From Candidatus Altimarinota bacterium (GTDB lineage Bacteria; Patescibacteriota; Gracilibacteria; UBA1369), in assembly GCA_041659405.1 (NCBI GenBank), contig JBAZYK010000002.1, positions 120,001 through 152,000 of the forward strand: DNA of 32,000 bases, in the 5' to 3' direction. Shown here piece after piece: positions 18,092 through 25,954 of the stretch; the stretch's first letter is position 1, and each line of letters opens with the position of its first letter. A program made the position numbers and the translations under genes. The notes under the pieces were generated by a model that did not search any database, had not been told where the DNA came from, and saw only the letters and a program-made list of their open reading frames with translations.

Positions 18092-18886
18092 ATGCTCGTC
18101 TTAATCTCCATCTTAATTTTCATCCTGGGCCTAAGCTTTGGCAGCTTTTTAAGTGTTGTAATTAACCGACTCGAGACCAACGAAAAAGGAATCATTTTCG
18201 GCAGATCACATTGCGTTTTCTGCAAAAAAGTCCTTAAAAACCGTGATCTTGTACCACTATTAAGCATTCTTATTTTAAAAGGAAAATGTCGTTTCTGTCA
18301 TAAAAAAATCAGTTATGATTATTTCTTTATAGAATTAATGACAGGACTTTTGGCCGTTCTTACTTTTTTGAAATTTCCATTTTTGATGGATGGAGTTTTT
18401 TACGGATGGCAACTACTTTCCTTTATTCTTTATTTTATTTTTGGATTATTTTTTATTGGAATCTTCTTTTCCGATCTAAAAAACATGGAAATCCCCGACA
18501 TGCTGCTCTTCCCTTTTATGGGAGTTTCCCTGATCGGTTCGCTATTCATAGCCAAAACCGGACTGGTTTCCATTATTATTGCTACAGTGATTGCTTTGAT
18601 CTTTTTTGGCGGACAAATCGTGCTCTCCAAGGGAAAATGGTTGGGTGAAGGTGACTTATATCTTGGCCTTGCCATGGCTTTTATTTTTGGCTGGCAGCAA
18701 TTTTTGATCGCAATTTGTTTAACTTACGCTATTGGCGCAATTTTAAGTTTAGGACTTATCGCCAGCAAAAAAGTTACACCAAAAACTCAGGTTCCTTTTG
18801 CACCTTTTATGGTTATGGGAAGCGTTTTAACCATCTTCCTGGGTGAAAGGATTTTGAACTGGTATCTGCAACTTCTGAATTTCTAA
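18092..18886 (+). CDS. pilD: Type IV prepilin leader peptidase (A24 family)
   Basis: 264 aa polytopic protein. N-terminal CVFC...CRFC zinc/disulfide motif. Catalytic Asp contexts FFSDLKNMEIPD and GEGDLYLG. Confidence 0.88.
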   Translation: MLVLISILIFILGLSFGSFLSVVINRLETNEKGIIFGRSHCVFCKKVLKNRDLVPLLSILILKGKCRFCHKKISYDYFFIELMTGLLAVLTFLKFPFLMDGVFYGWQLLSFILYFIFGLFFIGIFFSDLKNMEIPDMLLFPFMGVSLIGSLFIAKTGLVSIIIATVIALIFFGGQIVLSKGKWLGEGDLYLGLAMAFIFGWQQFLIAICLTYAIGAILSLGLIASKKVTPKTQVPFAPFMVMGSVLTIFLGERILNWYLQLLNF

Positions 18887-18894
18887 TTTTAATT

Positions 18895-20484
18895 ATGGCA
18901 ACAAAAAAAGTTTATCTTATGATTTTGGATGGTTTTGGTGAGGGCAAAGATTACCCGGGCAATGCCATTACTCACGCCAAAATGCCAAACTTGAATCGTT
19001 TAAGAAAAGAATATCCGGTGGCGTTACTTCAAGCTCACGGTGAAGCGGTTGGCTTACCGGCAGGAACACAGGGTGGATCGGAAGTCGGACATTTTACCAT
19101 GGGCGCGGGAAGAATTGTTTTTCAAAAACTTGAAGAAATAAACCGCAGCATTAAAGACAAAAGTTTTTTCAAAAAAAAGCCTCTTTTAAAAGCCTTAAAT
19201 AAAGTTCAAAAAACTCCAAAATCAGCTTTGCACCTTTTAGGAATGATTTCCGATCAGGGAGTTCATTCACATTTAAATCACCTGTTCGCACTTTTGGAAA
19301 TGGCAAAAAAGGCTAAAGTTGGCCCTGTCTACATTCATGCCATTACAGATGGCCGTGATGTTCCCGAAAGAACCGCCGAAAAATTCATCAAACGAATTCA
19401 GGCAAAAATCCATGAACTCAAAATGGATCAACCTTTCAAAACCGGCAATGGCGATAAACTTCAATTTCAAGCCAAAATTGCCACCATCATCGGCCGCTAT
19501 TACGCCATGGATCGTGACAATAATTGGGATCGCACTCAAAAAGCTTATGACCTTTATACTGTTGGAAAAGGCCTCAAAGAAACCAATCCCATCAAAGCTA
19601 TCAAAAATTCTTACGCCAGTGGTATCAAAACCGATTATTATATTGAGCCGATTTTGCTTGATGAACATGGCCTGATCAAACCAAAAGACTCGGTAATATT
19701 CTGGAATTTCCGCACGGATCGAACACGCCAGATCACCCAATGTTTTACAGGAGAAGCTAAAATTGGCTTTAAACCAGCTAAAACTGTTCATCCATTTTTT
19801 GTTTGCTTTGGCGACTATTCAACCAAAGCGGAAGTTGTGTACTCAACCAAAGCTGTAAAAAACAATCTTGGAGATATTTTAAGTCAGCATAAAATCCATC
19901 AACTTAGGATAGCCGAAACCGAAAAATACGCACATGTTACCTATTTTTTTAATAGCCAAGTTGAAAAACCTTTTGCCCTTGAAGATCGAATTTTAATCGA
20001 TTCTCCAAAAACGCCTTCTTATGCCCAAAAACCGGCAATGAGCGCACAAGCAATTGCTGATCGCGCCATTCAAGAAATTAAAAAAAATAAATTCCAGGTG
20101 ATTATCCAAAACTTTGCCAATGCCGATCTGGTAGGCCATTCCGGCGATTACAAAGCCACTGTAAAAGCTTTGGAAGCTATTGATAAGTGTATAGGCGAAA
20201 TCGTTCCCACAGCTTTAGCCAATGGTTACGATTTTATTTTAACCGCAGATCACGGCAACGCCGAATATATGATTTACCCAAATGGAGATCAGTGTCCTTC
20301 CCACACAATCAATCCGGTTATTTGCCTGGTTGCCAAAAGCCAATCCCCACTTGCAGCAGAAACCAAAAACAAGTATAGATTAAGCAAAAAAGGTGGCCTT
20401 GAAGATATAGCTCCAACCATGCTTGATTTGTTAAATATCAAAAAACCCAAAGACATGACCGGACAATCCTTAATAACTAATTAA
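18895..20484 (+). CDS. gpmI: 2,3-bisphosphoglycerate-independent phosphoglycerate mutase
   Basis: 529 aa. LMILDGFG, GGSEVGHFTMGAGR (phospho-Ser region), DGRDV, ANADLVGHSG, ADHGNAE. Confidence 0.95.
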   Translation: MATKKVYLMILDGFGEGKDYPGNAITHAKMPNLNRLRKEYPVALLQAHGEAVGLPAGTQGGSEVGHFTMGAGRIVFQKLEEINRSIKDKSFFKKKPLLKALNKVQKTPKSALHLLGMISDQGVHSHLNHLFALLEMAKKAKVGPVYIHAITDGRDVPERTAEKFIKRIQAKIHELKMDQPFKTGNGDKLQFQAKIATIIGRYYAMDRDNNWDRTQKAYDLYTVGKGLKETNPIKAIKNSYASGIKTDYYIEPILLDEHGLIKPKDSVIFWNFRTDRTRQITQCFTGEAKIGFKPAKTVHPFFVCFGDYSTKAEVVYSTKAVKNNLGDILSQHKIHQLRIAETEKYAHVTYFFNSQVEKPFALEDRILIDSPKTPSYAQKPAMSAQAIADRAIQEIKKNKFQVIIQNFANADLVGHSGDYKATVKALEAIDKCIGEIVPTALANGYDFILTADHGNAEYMIYPNGDQCPSHTINPVICLVAKSQSPLAAETKNKYRLSKKGGLEDIAPTMLDLLNIKKPKDMTGQSLITN

Positions 20485-21572
20485 TGAAAGCAGTAATCTT
20501 AGCCGGCGGAACAGGTACACGCCTTTGGCCATTAAGCAGAGTTGATAAACCAAAACAGTTTCAAAAACTGATCAGTAACAAAACCATGCTTCAGGAAACC
20601 ATTGAGCGGCTGAACTTTTTAAAGCCCGAGCATATTTACGTTTCGACTAATCATAAATATCTGGAAGTTGTCCGTGAACAGGTAAAAGGTAAAATTCCAC
20701 TGGAAAATATAATTGTTGAGCCGGATTTGCGGGATACCGCACCATGTATTGGTCTGGCCGCAGCTTATTTGGCAAAAAAGTATCCTCATGACGTGATGAG
20801 TATTATTTACGCCGATCATCTTGTACAAAAAAAGGATGAGTTTATCAAAAAGATAAAAATTGCCGAAAAACTCGCCCATGACGAAAACACACTTAATGTT
20901 ATTGAAGTAAAAGCCAAGTTCCCCAATGTTAATCTGGGATATGTGAAAATTGGCAAAGTTTTAAAAGAAATTAACGGAGTCGAAATTTTCTCTTTTGAAA
21001 AATTTGTGGAGAAGCCGGATTTGGCTAAAGCAAGAGTCTTTTTGCAATCATATAAGTATCTCTGGAATACCGGTTTTTATGTCTGGAGAATTGATACCAT
21101 CCTTAAAAAATTCAAAAAATATTTGCCCACCACCTATAAAAATCTGATGAAAATTCAGCAAAAAATAGGTACCAAAGAAGAGCAAAAGGCGCTAAAAACT
21201 TATTATCCTTTATGCGATAAAATCTCCATCGATTATGGCATTATGGAAAAAGTCGACCCCAAAGAAGTGCGCATCATTCCGGCCGAACTTGGCTGGAGCG
21301 ACGTTGGAACATGGGAATCAATCTTTGACGAACTTTCTGAAAAAGAAACTTCCAATCTGGTCAAAGGCAAACATCTTGCCATAGACACAAAAGGAACACT
21401 GGTTTATGGTGACGAAAAAAAACTTATTGCCACCATCGGTTTGGAAGATATAGTAATCGTCGATACCAAAGATGCGCTGCTTGTATGCAAAAAAGATCGC
21501 AGCCACGACGTTAAAAAACTGGTTGAAAAATTAAAAAACAATAAAACCGCCCATTTTAAAAAATTGCTTTAA
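20484..21572 (+). CDS. manC: Mannose-1-phosphate guanylyltransferase (nucleotidyltransferase domain only)
   Basis: 362 aa. MKAVILAGGTGTRLWPLSR..KPKQF signature, IEPDLRDTAPCI, WSDVGTW. The start overlaps the gpmI stop (TAATG). Confidence 0.9.
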   Translation: MKAVILAGGTGTRLWPLSRVDKPKQFQKLISNKTMLQETIERLNFLKPEHIYVSTNHKYLEVVREQVKGKIPLENIIVEPDLRDTAPCIGLAAAYLAKKYPHDVMSIIYADHLVQKKDEFIKKIKIAEKLAHDENTLNVIEVKAKFPNVNLGYVKIGKVLKEINGVEIFSFEKFVEKPDLAKARVFLQSYKYLWNTGFYVWRIDTILKKFKKYLPTTYKNLMKIQQKIGTKEEQKALKTYYPLCDKISIDYGIMEKVDPKEVRIIPAELGWSDVGTWESIFDELSEKETSNLVKGKHLAIDTKGTLVYGDEKKLIATIGLEDIVIVDTKDALLVCKKDRSHDVKKLVEKLKNNKTAHFKKLL

Positions 21573-21578
21573 AGTAAT

Positions 21579-21995
21579 ATGAACCAACAAATGCCAATAA
21601 AAATCAAGGAAAAGCCGTGGGGACGTGAAGTTTGGTTTGCCCACACTAATGCTTATGCCGGCAAAATCCTTGAAGTGCGAAAAAGTGCTCGACTTTCGCT
21701 TCAGTATCACGAAAAAAAATGTGAGACCCAATATGTTTTTGAAGGAAAAATAAAACTCACCTATGGACCAGACGAGCAAAACCTGCAAGAGTTGATCTTA
21801 AATCCTGGTGACAAATTTGACATCTTTCCATATACTCTCCACCGCATAGAGGGACTTGAAGATTCCAAAATCTTTGAAGTTTCCACTCCCGAGCTTGATG
21901 ACGTAGTAAAGCTTGCTGACGATTACGGAAGAAGTGGCAAAGGTAACAACGAAGAGCTCGATAGCGAACTAGCTAAGGATATGCTTCAGATCTGA
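21579..21995 (+). CDS. Cupin-domain protein resembling the C-terminal phosphomannose isomerase (type II PMI) domain
   Basis: 138 aa. KPWGREVW, LSLQYHEKKCE, HRIEGL, DDVVKLADDYGR. These match the PMI-type cupin normally fused to ManC. Starts 6 nt after manC. Confidence 0.8.
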   Translation: MNQQMPIKIKEKPWGREVWFAHTNAYAGKILEVRKSARLSLQYHEKKCETQYVFEGKIKLTYGPDEQNLQELILNPGDKFDIFPYTLHRIEGLEDSKIFEVSTPELDDVVKLADDYGRSGKGNNEELDSELAKDMLQI

Positions 21996-22033
21996 ACACA
22001 ATTTTTTAATTCTTAATCAATCATCTTCAAGCT

Positions 22034-25000
22034 ATGAAGAATCGACACTTTCTTAAGGTAGGAATCATAATTCTCACCGCTTTAATTCTGGGGTTTATTG
22101 ATCTACCTGCCCAATATCAACAAAAACTCATCGGGGCCAGCCCAACCGGGACTCAATTAAACATACTGGATAGTCTAAAAAAATCTCTACTGGATAGCAA
22201 CTTTCATCTTGGCCTGGACTTACAAGGAGGCTCTCAGCTCGATTATCAAATCGACCTTCGCAAAGTGCCATCAAAGGATCAACAAAACATTATCGATGGT
22301 GTTGTTAATGTCATCAACAACCGTGTTAATGGCTTAGGCGTATCTGAACCGAACATTTATGTTTCTTCCGTAGCCGATGAAAAACATATCGTTGTGGAAC
22401 TCGCCGGAATCAAAGACTTGGAAGAAGCAAAAGCAATAGTAGGTAAGACCATTCAGCTGGAGTTTAAGGAAAGGAAAAAAACTGCTGACACAACTTCTGA
22501 TTCTACCGCAAAAGCGGGAGCAGAAGCTCTTTTGGCAAAAGTTAAAACCGGAGGAGACCTTGCCCTGCTAGGAAAACAGGAACAACAAGCCAATCCTGAA
22601 AAAGTTACCCACACAGAAAGTGATTATCAATATAAAGATGAAACTTCAACAGAAATAGCAGACATCCTTTTTAATACATTAAAAGTTGGCGAGGTTTACA
22701 GCCAAATTGTAAGTGCCAGTGGATCTTATACCGTTGATTCAAGCGGAAATCTTACTCAAAACAAAGGATATGAAACAATTAAACTGGTTGATAAACGTGA
22801 TCAACAAAGAACAATTGATAACAAAGCTTCCGCAAAAGTTGCACACATTTTAATTGCCTATAAAGGAGCTTCCAAAGCAGATGCAGGTGTAGCAAGAACA
22901 AAAGATGAAGCTAAAAAATTGGCTGACGATATTTTAAAGAAAATCCAGGGTGGTGAAAATTTTGAGAACCTGGCTAAACAATATTCAGATGACAAAGCCG
23001 ATAAAGACCAGGGTGGATTATTACCAAACCCGGTCACCGGTCCGGGCGATGGTTACGTAAAACCATTTGAAGATGCCGCCCTGGCTTTAAAGAAAAACGG
23101 CGATCTTTCCCCTGTTACAGAAAGTGAGTTTGGTTTCCACCTTATTAAGGGAATCGAAATCAAAGCAGCTTCAACCGAAACAAAGACAGAATCACAAGTT
23201 AAATACATCAGTACTTTCTATAGTGCTGCTCCGGATGAATGGCAGGATACTGGCTTAACAGGAGCACAATTCATACATGCAGATACCGAATTCACTCAGC
23301 TTGCTCAACCATATGTGACTATCCAATTTAATGACGAAGGAGCAAAACTTTTTGAACAAATCACCGAAAGAAATGTTGGACAACCGGTTGCAATCTTTGT
23401 TGGTGGTAAATTGATTTCTTCCCCAAAGGTAAACGAAAAAATTTCCGGAGGAAAAGCTCAAATCACCGGCAACTACACACTTGATGAAGCCAGCAATCTT
23501 GCCCGCGACTTAAATACAGGTGCAATTCCTGCACCAATCGTTTTGGCAGGACAAAACACTATCGGGGCCACATTGGGCCAGGACGCGCTAAATAAGAGTT
23601 TATGGGCAGGTCTTATCGGCTTTATCTTGATAGCTTTGTTCATGACCCTTTACTATCGTCTACCTGGTTTATTGGCGGTAGTGGCTTTGATGGTCTACTC
23701 AATCATCATGCTTTTCTTGATAAAAATTGCCTTACCAATTGGCTGGGCTTTAGCAATTTCCATTGGCGTTTTTGTCTATTTGATTACCCGCATCTTAAAC
23801 TCCAAAGAATCTGGTCCGGAAAAAGGAATTTCCCTGATTCTTTCTTGTTTCATTCTCTTCTTCTTAAGCTTCTTACTTTCCACACCAATCGTTATGACTT
23901 TAGCCGGTATTGCCGGTGTGATCCTTTCAATTGGTATGGCTGTTGATGCCAATATTCTTATCTTTGAAAGAGTTAAAGAAGAACTTCGTGATGGCAGACC
24001 ATTAAGCGCCGCTATTGAAATCGGTTTTGACCGTGCTTGGAGCAGTATTCGTGATTCAAACTTCTCTTCCCTGATCACTTGCAGCATCCTTTTCTACTTT
24101 GGAAGCTCAATCATTCAAGGTTTTGCCTTCAACCTTGCTGCCGGTATTTTGGTTTCCATGTTCACGGCAATCACAGTGAGCAAAACTCTTATTGGAGCTT
24201 TAACAAGAACTAAACTGGCTGACAAACTTTGGTTATTCGGCGCTCCAAAAAATAAAGAAAGAAAACTTTGGCCAATCATCCAAACTCGCAAAATTTCTTA
24301 CATCATTTCAGGAGCTTTGCTTGTTATTGCCCTAATTGGTATCCCGGCTTTTGGCATTAAATTAGGCTTGGACTTCACGGGAGGAACTTTGATGGAACTA
24401 AAATTCAAAACTCTCCAGGGTGAACAAATGCAACAAATCAGTCTAATCGAAAAAGCATTAACAGAAAGCACCAATGCTTTGAATCAAAAAGTAACAACTC
24501 CGGCTGCCAACAATAATCAACCGGCTATAACCGGAACAGACAGCAAGATTGACCTTGGGACTCCACATATCGTTCCAAGTGAGCAGGGTTACCTGATCAA
24601 GACCAAAACCATCACTTCGGATCAGCACGACCAATTGCTCGTACAACTCAAACAACGCTTAGGTGATTTTGAAGAGGTTCACTTTAACACTGTTGGCCCA
24701 ACAGTAGGAGAAAGCTTACGTTACAAAGCAATCTTTGCCGTTATTATAGCGAGTTTGATGATCATCATTTACATTGCTTTCGCTTTCCGCAGAATTCCTC
24801 GCCACATTGGTAAATGGAAATTCGGTACAGCGGCTGTTGTTGCCCTTTTGCATGATCTTGGCATTATGCTTGGTGTTTATGTTTACTTTGGTGTGTTCTT
24901 TGGAGTACAGATCGATGCCCTGTTTATTACAGCCATGCTCACGGTTCTTGGCTTCTCGGTGCACGACACAATCGTAGTATTCGATCGTATCCGTGAAAAA

Positions 25001-25276
25001 CTTAAGTATCAAAAACGTGATGAAAGCTTCACGGAAGTTTCTAACCAGGCTGTAAACGAAACTATTGCCCGTTCTATCAATACTTCACTTGCAGTATTCC
25101 TGACTTTACTTGCTTTAGCGATCTTTGGAGCTGAAAGCGTCCGCTTCTTTGTCATAACCTTAATGGTTGGTATCGTTGCCGGTACTTATTCTTCAATCTT
25201 TATAGCTACACCTATTCTGGTTGATTGGAACTTGTACAACGCAAAAAAGAAGCTGGAAGGCGGCAAGAAGAAATAA
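22034..25276 (+). CDS. secDF: Fused protein-export membrane protein SecDF carrying an inserted parvulin-type PPIase region in the P1 loop
   Basis: 1080 aa. SecD motifs: LDLQGGSQL, NRVNGLGVSEPNI, VAIFVGGKLISSPKV, GIAGVILSIGMAVDANILIFERVKEE. SecF motifs: LGLDFTGGT, GFSVHDTIVVFDRIRE. The parvulin motif block spans residues ~265-376. Confidence 0.92.
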   Translation: MKNRHFLKVGIIILTALILGFIDLPAQYQQKLIGASPTGTQLNILDSLKKSLLDSNFHLGLDLQGGSQLDYQIDLRKVPSKDQQNIIDGVVNVINNRVNGLGVSEPNIYVSSVADEKHIVVELAGIKDLEEAKAIVGKTIQLEFKERKKTADTTSDSTAKAGAEALLAKVKTGGDLALLGKQEQQANPEKVTHTESDYQYKDETSTEIADILFNTLKVGEVYSQIVSASGSYTVDSSGNLTQNKGYETIKLVDKRDQQRTIDNKASAKVAHILIAYKGASKADAGVARTKDEAKKLADDILKKIQGGENFENLAKQYSDDKADKDQGGLLPNPVTGPGDGYVKPFEDAALALKKNGDLSPVTESEFGFHLIKGIEIKAASTETKTESQVKYISTFYSAAPDEWQDTGLTGAQFIHADTEFTQLAQPYVTIQFNDEGAKLFEQITERNVGQPVAIFVGGKLISSPKVNEKISGGKAQITGNYTLDEASNLARDLNTGAIPAPIVLAGQNTIGATLGQDALNKSLWAGLIGFILIALFMTLYYRLPGLLAVVALMVYSIIMLFLIKIALPIGWALAISIGVFVYLITRILNSKESGPEKGISLILSCFILFFLSFLLSTPIVMTLAGIAGVILSIGMAVDANILIFERVKEELRDGRPLSAAIEIGFDRAWSSIRDSNFSSLITCSILFYFGSSIIQGFAFNLAAGILVSMFTAITVSKTLIGALTRTKLADKLWLFGAPKNKERKLWPIIQTRKISYIISGALLVIALIGIPAFGIKLGLDFTGGTLMELKFKTLQGEQMQQISLIEKALTESTNALNQKVTTPAANNNQPAITGTDSKIDLGTPHIVPSEQGYLIKTKTITSDQHDQLLVQLKQRLGDFEEVHFNTVGPTVGESLRYKAIFAVIIASLMIIIYIAFAFRRIPRHIGKWKFGTAAVVALLHDLGIMLGVYVYFGVFFGVQIDALFITAMLTVLGFSVHDTIVVFDRIREKLKYQKRDESFTEVSNQAVNETIARSINTSLAVFLTLLALAIFGAESVRFFVITLMVGIVAGTYSSIFIATPILVDWNLYNAKKKLEGGKKK

Positions 25277-25300
25277 TTAAACCTAAAGTTAAAACCACTA

Positions 25301-25337
25301 AAAAAGGTCCTTTCCCTAAAAAAGAGAGGACTTTTTT
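25301..25337 (+). terminator. Rho-independent terminator after secDF
   Basis: gtcctttc (25307-14) pairs with gagaggac (25324-31): 8 bp with one G.U, and a 9-nt loop. It is followed by TTTTTT (25332-37) and preceded by AAAAA. Confidence 0.7.
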
Positions 25338-25348
25338 AAAAAAGTAAG

Positions 25349-25354
25349 TATAAT
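25349..25354 (+). promoter_or_regulatory. Candidate -10 box (TATAAT) for the tRNA-Arg gene
   Basis: Exact TATAAT lies 30 nt upstream of the first tRNA nucleotide, just after the secDF terminator. No clear -35 element. Confidence 0.3.
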
Positions 25355-25383
25355 GGGACCGCAAAACACCTTAAAAGCCTTAC

Positions 25384-25460
25384 GCGCCAATAGCTCAGCT
25401 GGATAGAGCGTCGGTCTTCGGAACCGAAGGTTGTGGGTTCGATTCCCTCTTGGCGCACCA
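25384..25460 (+). tRNA. tRNA-Arg, anticodon UCG, with genomically encoded CCA
   Basis: Hand-folded cloverleaf. Acceptor GCGCCAA/TTGGCGC. D-arm GCTC-AGCTGGATA-GAGC. Anticodon stem TCGGT/ACCGA with loop CTTCGGA. T-arm GTGGG-TTCGATT-CCCTC, with one T-T mismatch. Discriminator A, then CCA. Confidence 0.93.
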
Positions 25461-25463
25461 ACA

Positions 25464-25550
25464 GATTTGCTACGCAAATCCGGCCGGCCACTACGCCGGC
25501 CTAACAGACATGAGCGCAGCGAATGTCCGCGTCCGCCCTAAAGCGGACAT
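25464..25550. other. GC-rich element of three consecutive perfect hairpins between the tRNA and the convergent gene; function unknown
   Basis: Hairpin 1: gatttgc-tac-gcaaatc (25464-80). Hairpin 2: ggccggc-cactac-gccggcc (25482-501). Hairpin 3: atgtccgc-[12 nt]-gcggacat (25523-50). Locally much more GC-rich than its surroundings. Confidence 0.5.
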
Positions 25551-25560
25551 AGCAAAAAAA

Positions 25561-25911
25561 CTATCGAAATTCCCTTTGGATTCTAGCCGAAGTCATCAAG
25601 GCATTAAAGACAATCAAACCCTGTTCAAGCATTGAGTCCTTTACTAATTCACTGGACAAATTTTGCCTTAACATTTCCACTATTTCGAGCCAAATTTTTT
25701 CATATTTCACCCCACTCAAACCAAGCTTTTTACGCAAATCAATCCCCTTGCCATTTTTAATTTCAGCCACAAATTCAGCTTGATTAGCTTGGATATAATC
25801 CAAGAGCAGTTTCTTTTCAAAAACAAGCCGTTTATCGGCTTTTATATCAAACAAAAGCTCTAAACGATCTTTAAAAGATTTTTGCTTTAATGTATGTTGT
25901 TCAAGCGACAT
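25561..25911 (-). CDS. Hypothetical protein (116 aa, predicted helical), no family recognised
   Basis: Clean ATG-to-stop ORF filling the gap between the tRNA region and the next gene. K/E/L-rich. No motif I can name. Confidence 0.55.
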   Translation of the reverse strand: MSLEQHTLKQKSFKDRLELLFDIKADKRLVFEKKLLLDYIQANQAEFVAEIKNGKGIDLRKKLGLSGVKYEKIWLEIVEMLRQNLSSELVKDSMLEQGLIVFNALMTSARIQREFR

Positions 25912-25954
25912 ATCAAGTTTAAAGGGATCTTCTTTTTACCACATTTAATTGAAC

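Noticed and set aside
19273-19791. 172-aa minus-strand ORF, and a 118-aa + strand alternative-frame ORF, within gpmI
   Set aside because: Both lie wholly inside the strongly supported gpmI reading frame. They have no recognisable motifs, so they look like chance open frames in AT-rich DNA.
25523-25560. Third hairpin plus A7 run read as a bidirectional intrinsic terminator
   Set aside because: On the + strand the stem is followed by A residues, not U. On the - strand the U-run precedes the stem rather than following it. Neither orientation fits the canonical terminator layout, so it is reported as an unexplained structure.
25450-25635. 61-aa + strand ORF starting inside the tRNA 3' end
   Set aside because: It overlaps the tRNA acceptor stem, the hairpin element and the 3' end of the convergent gene. 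Its openness is explained by the GC-rich hairpins.
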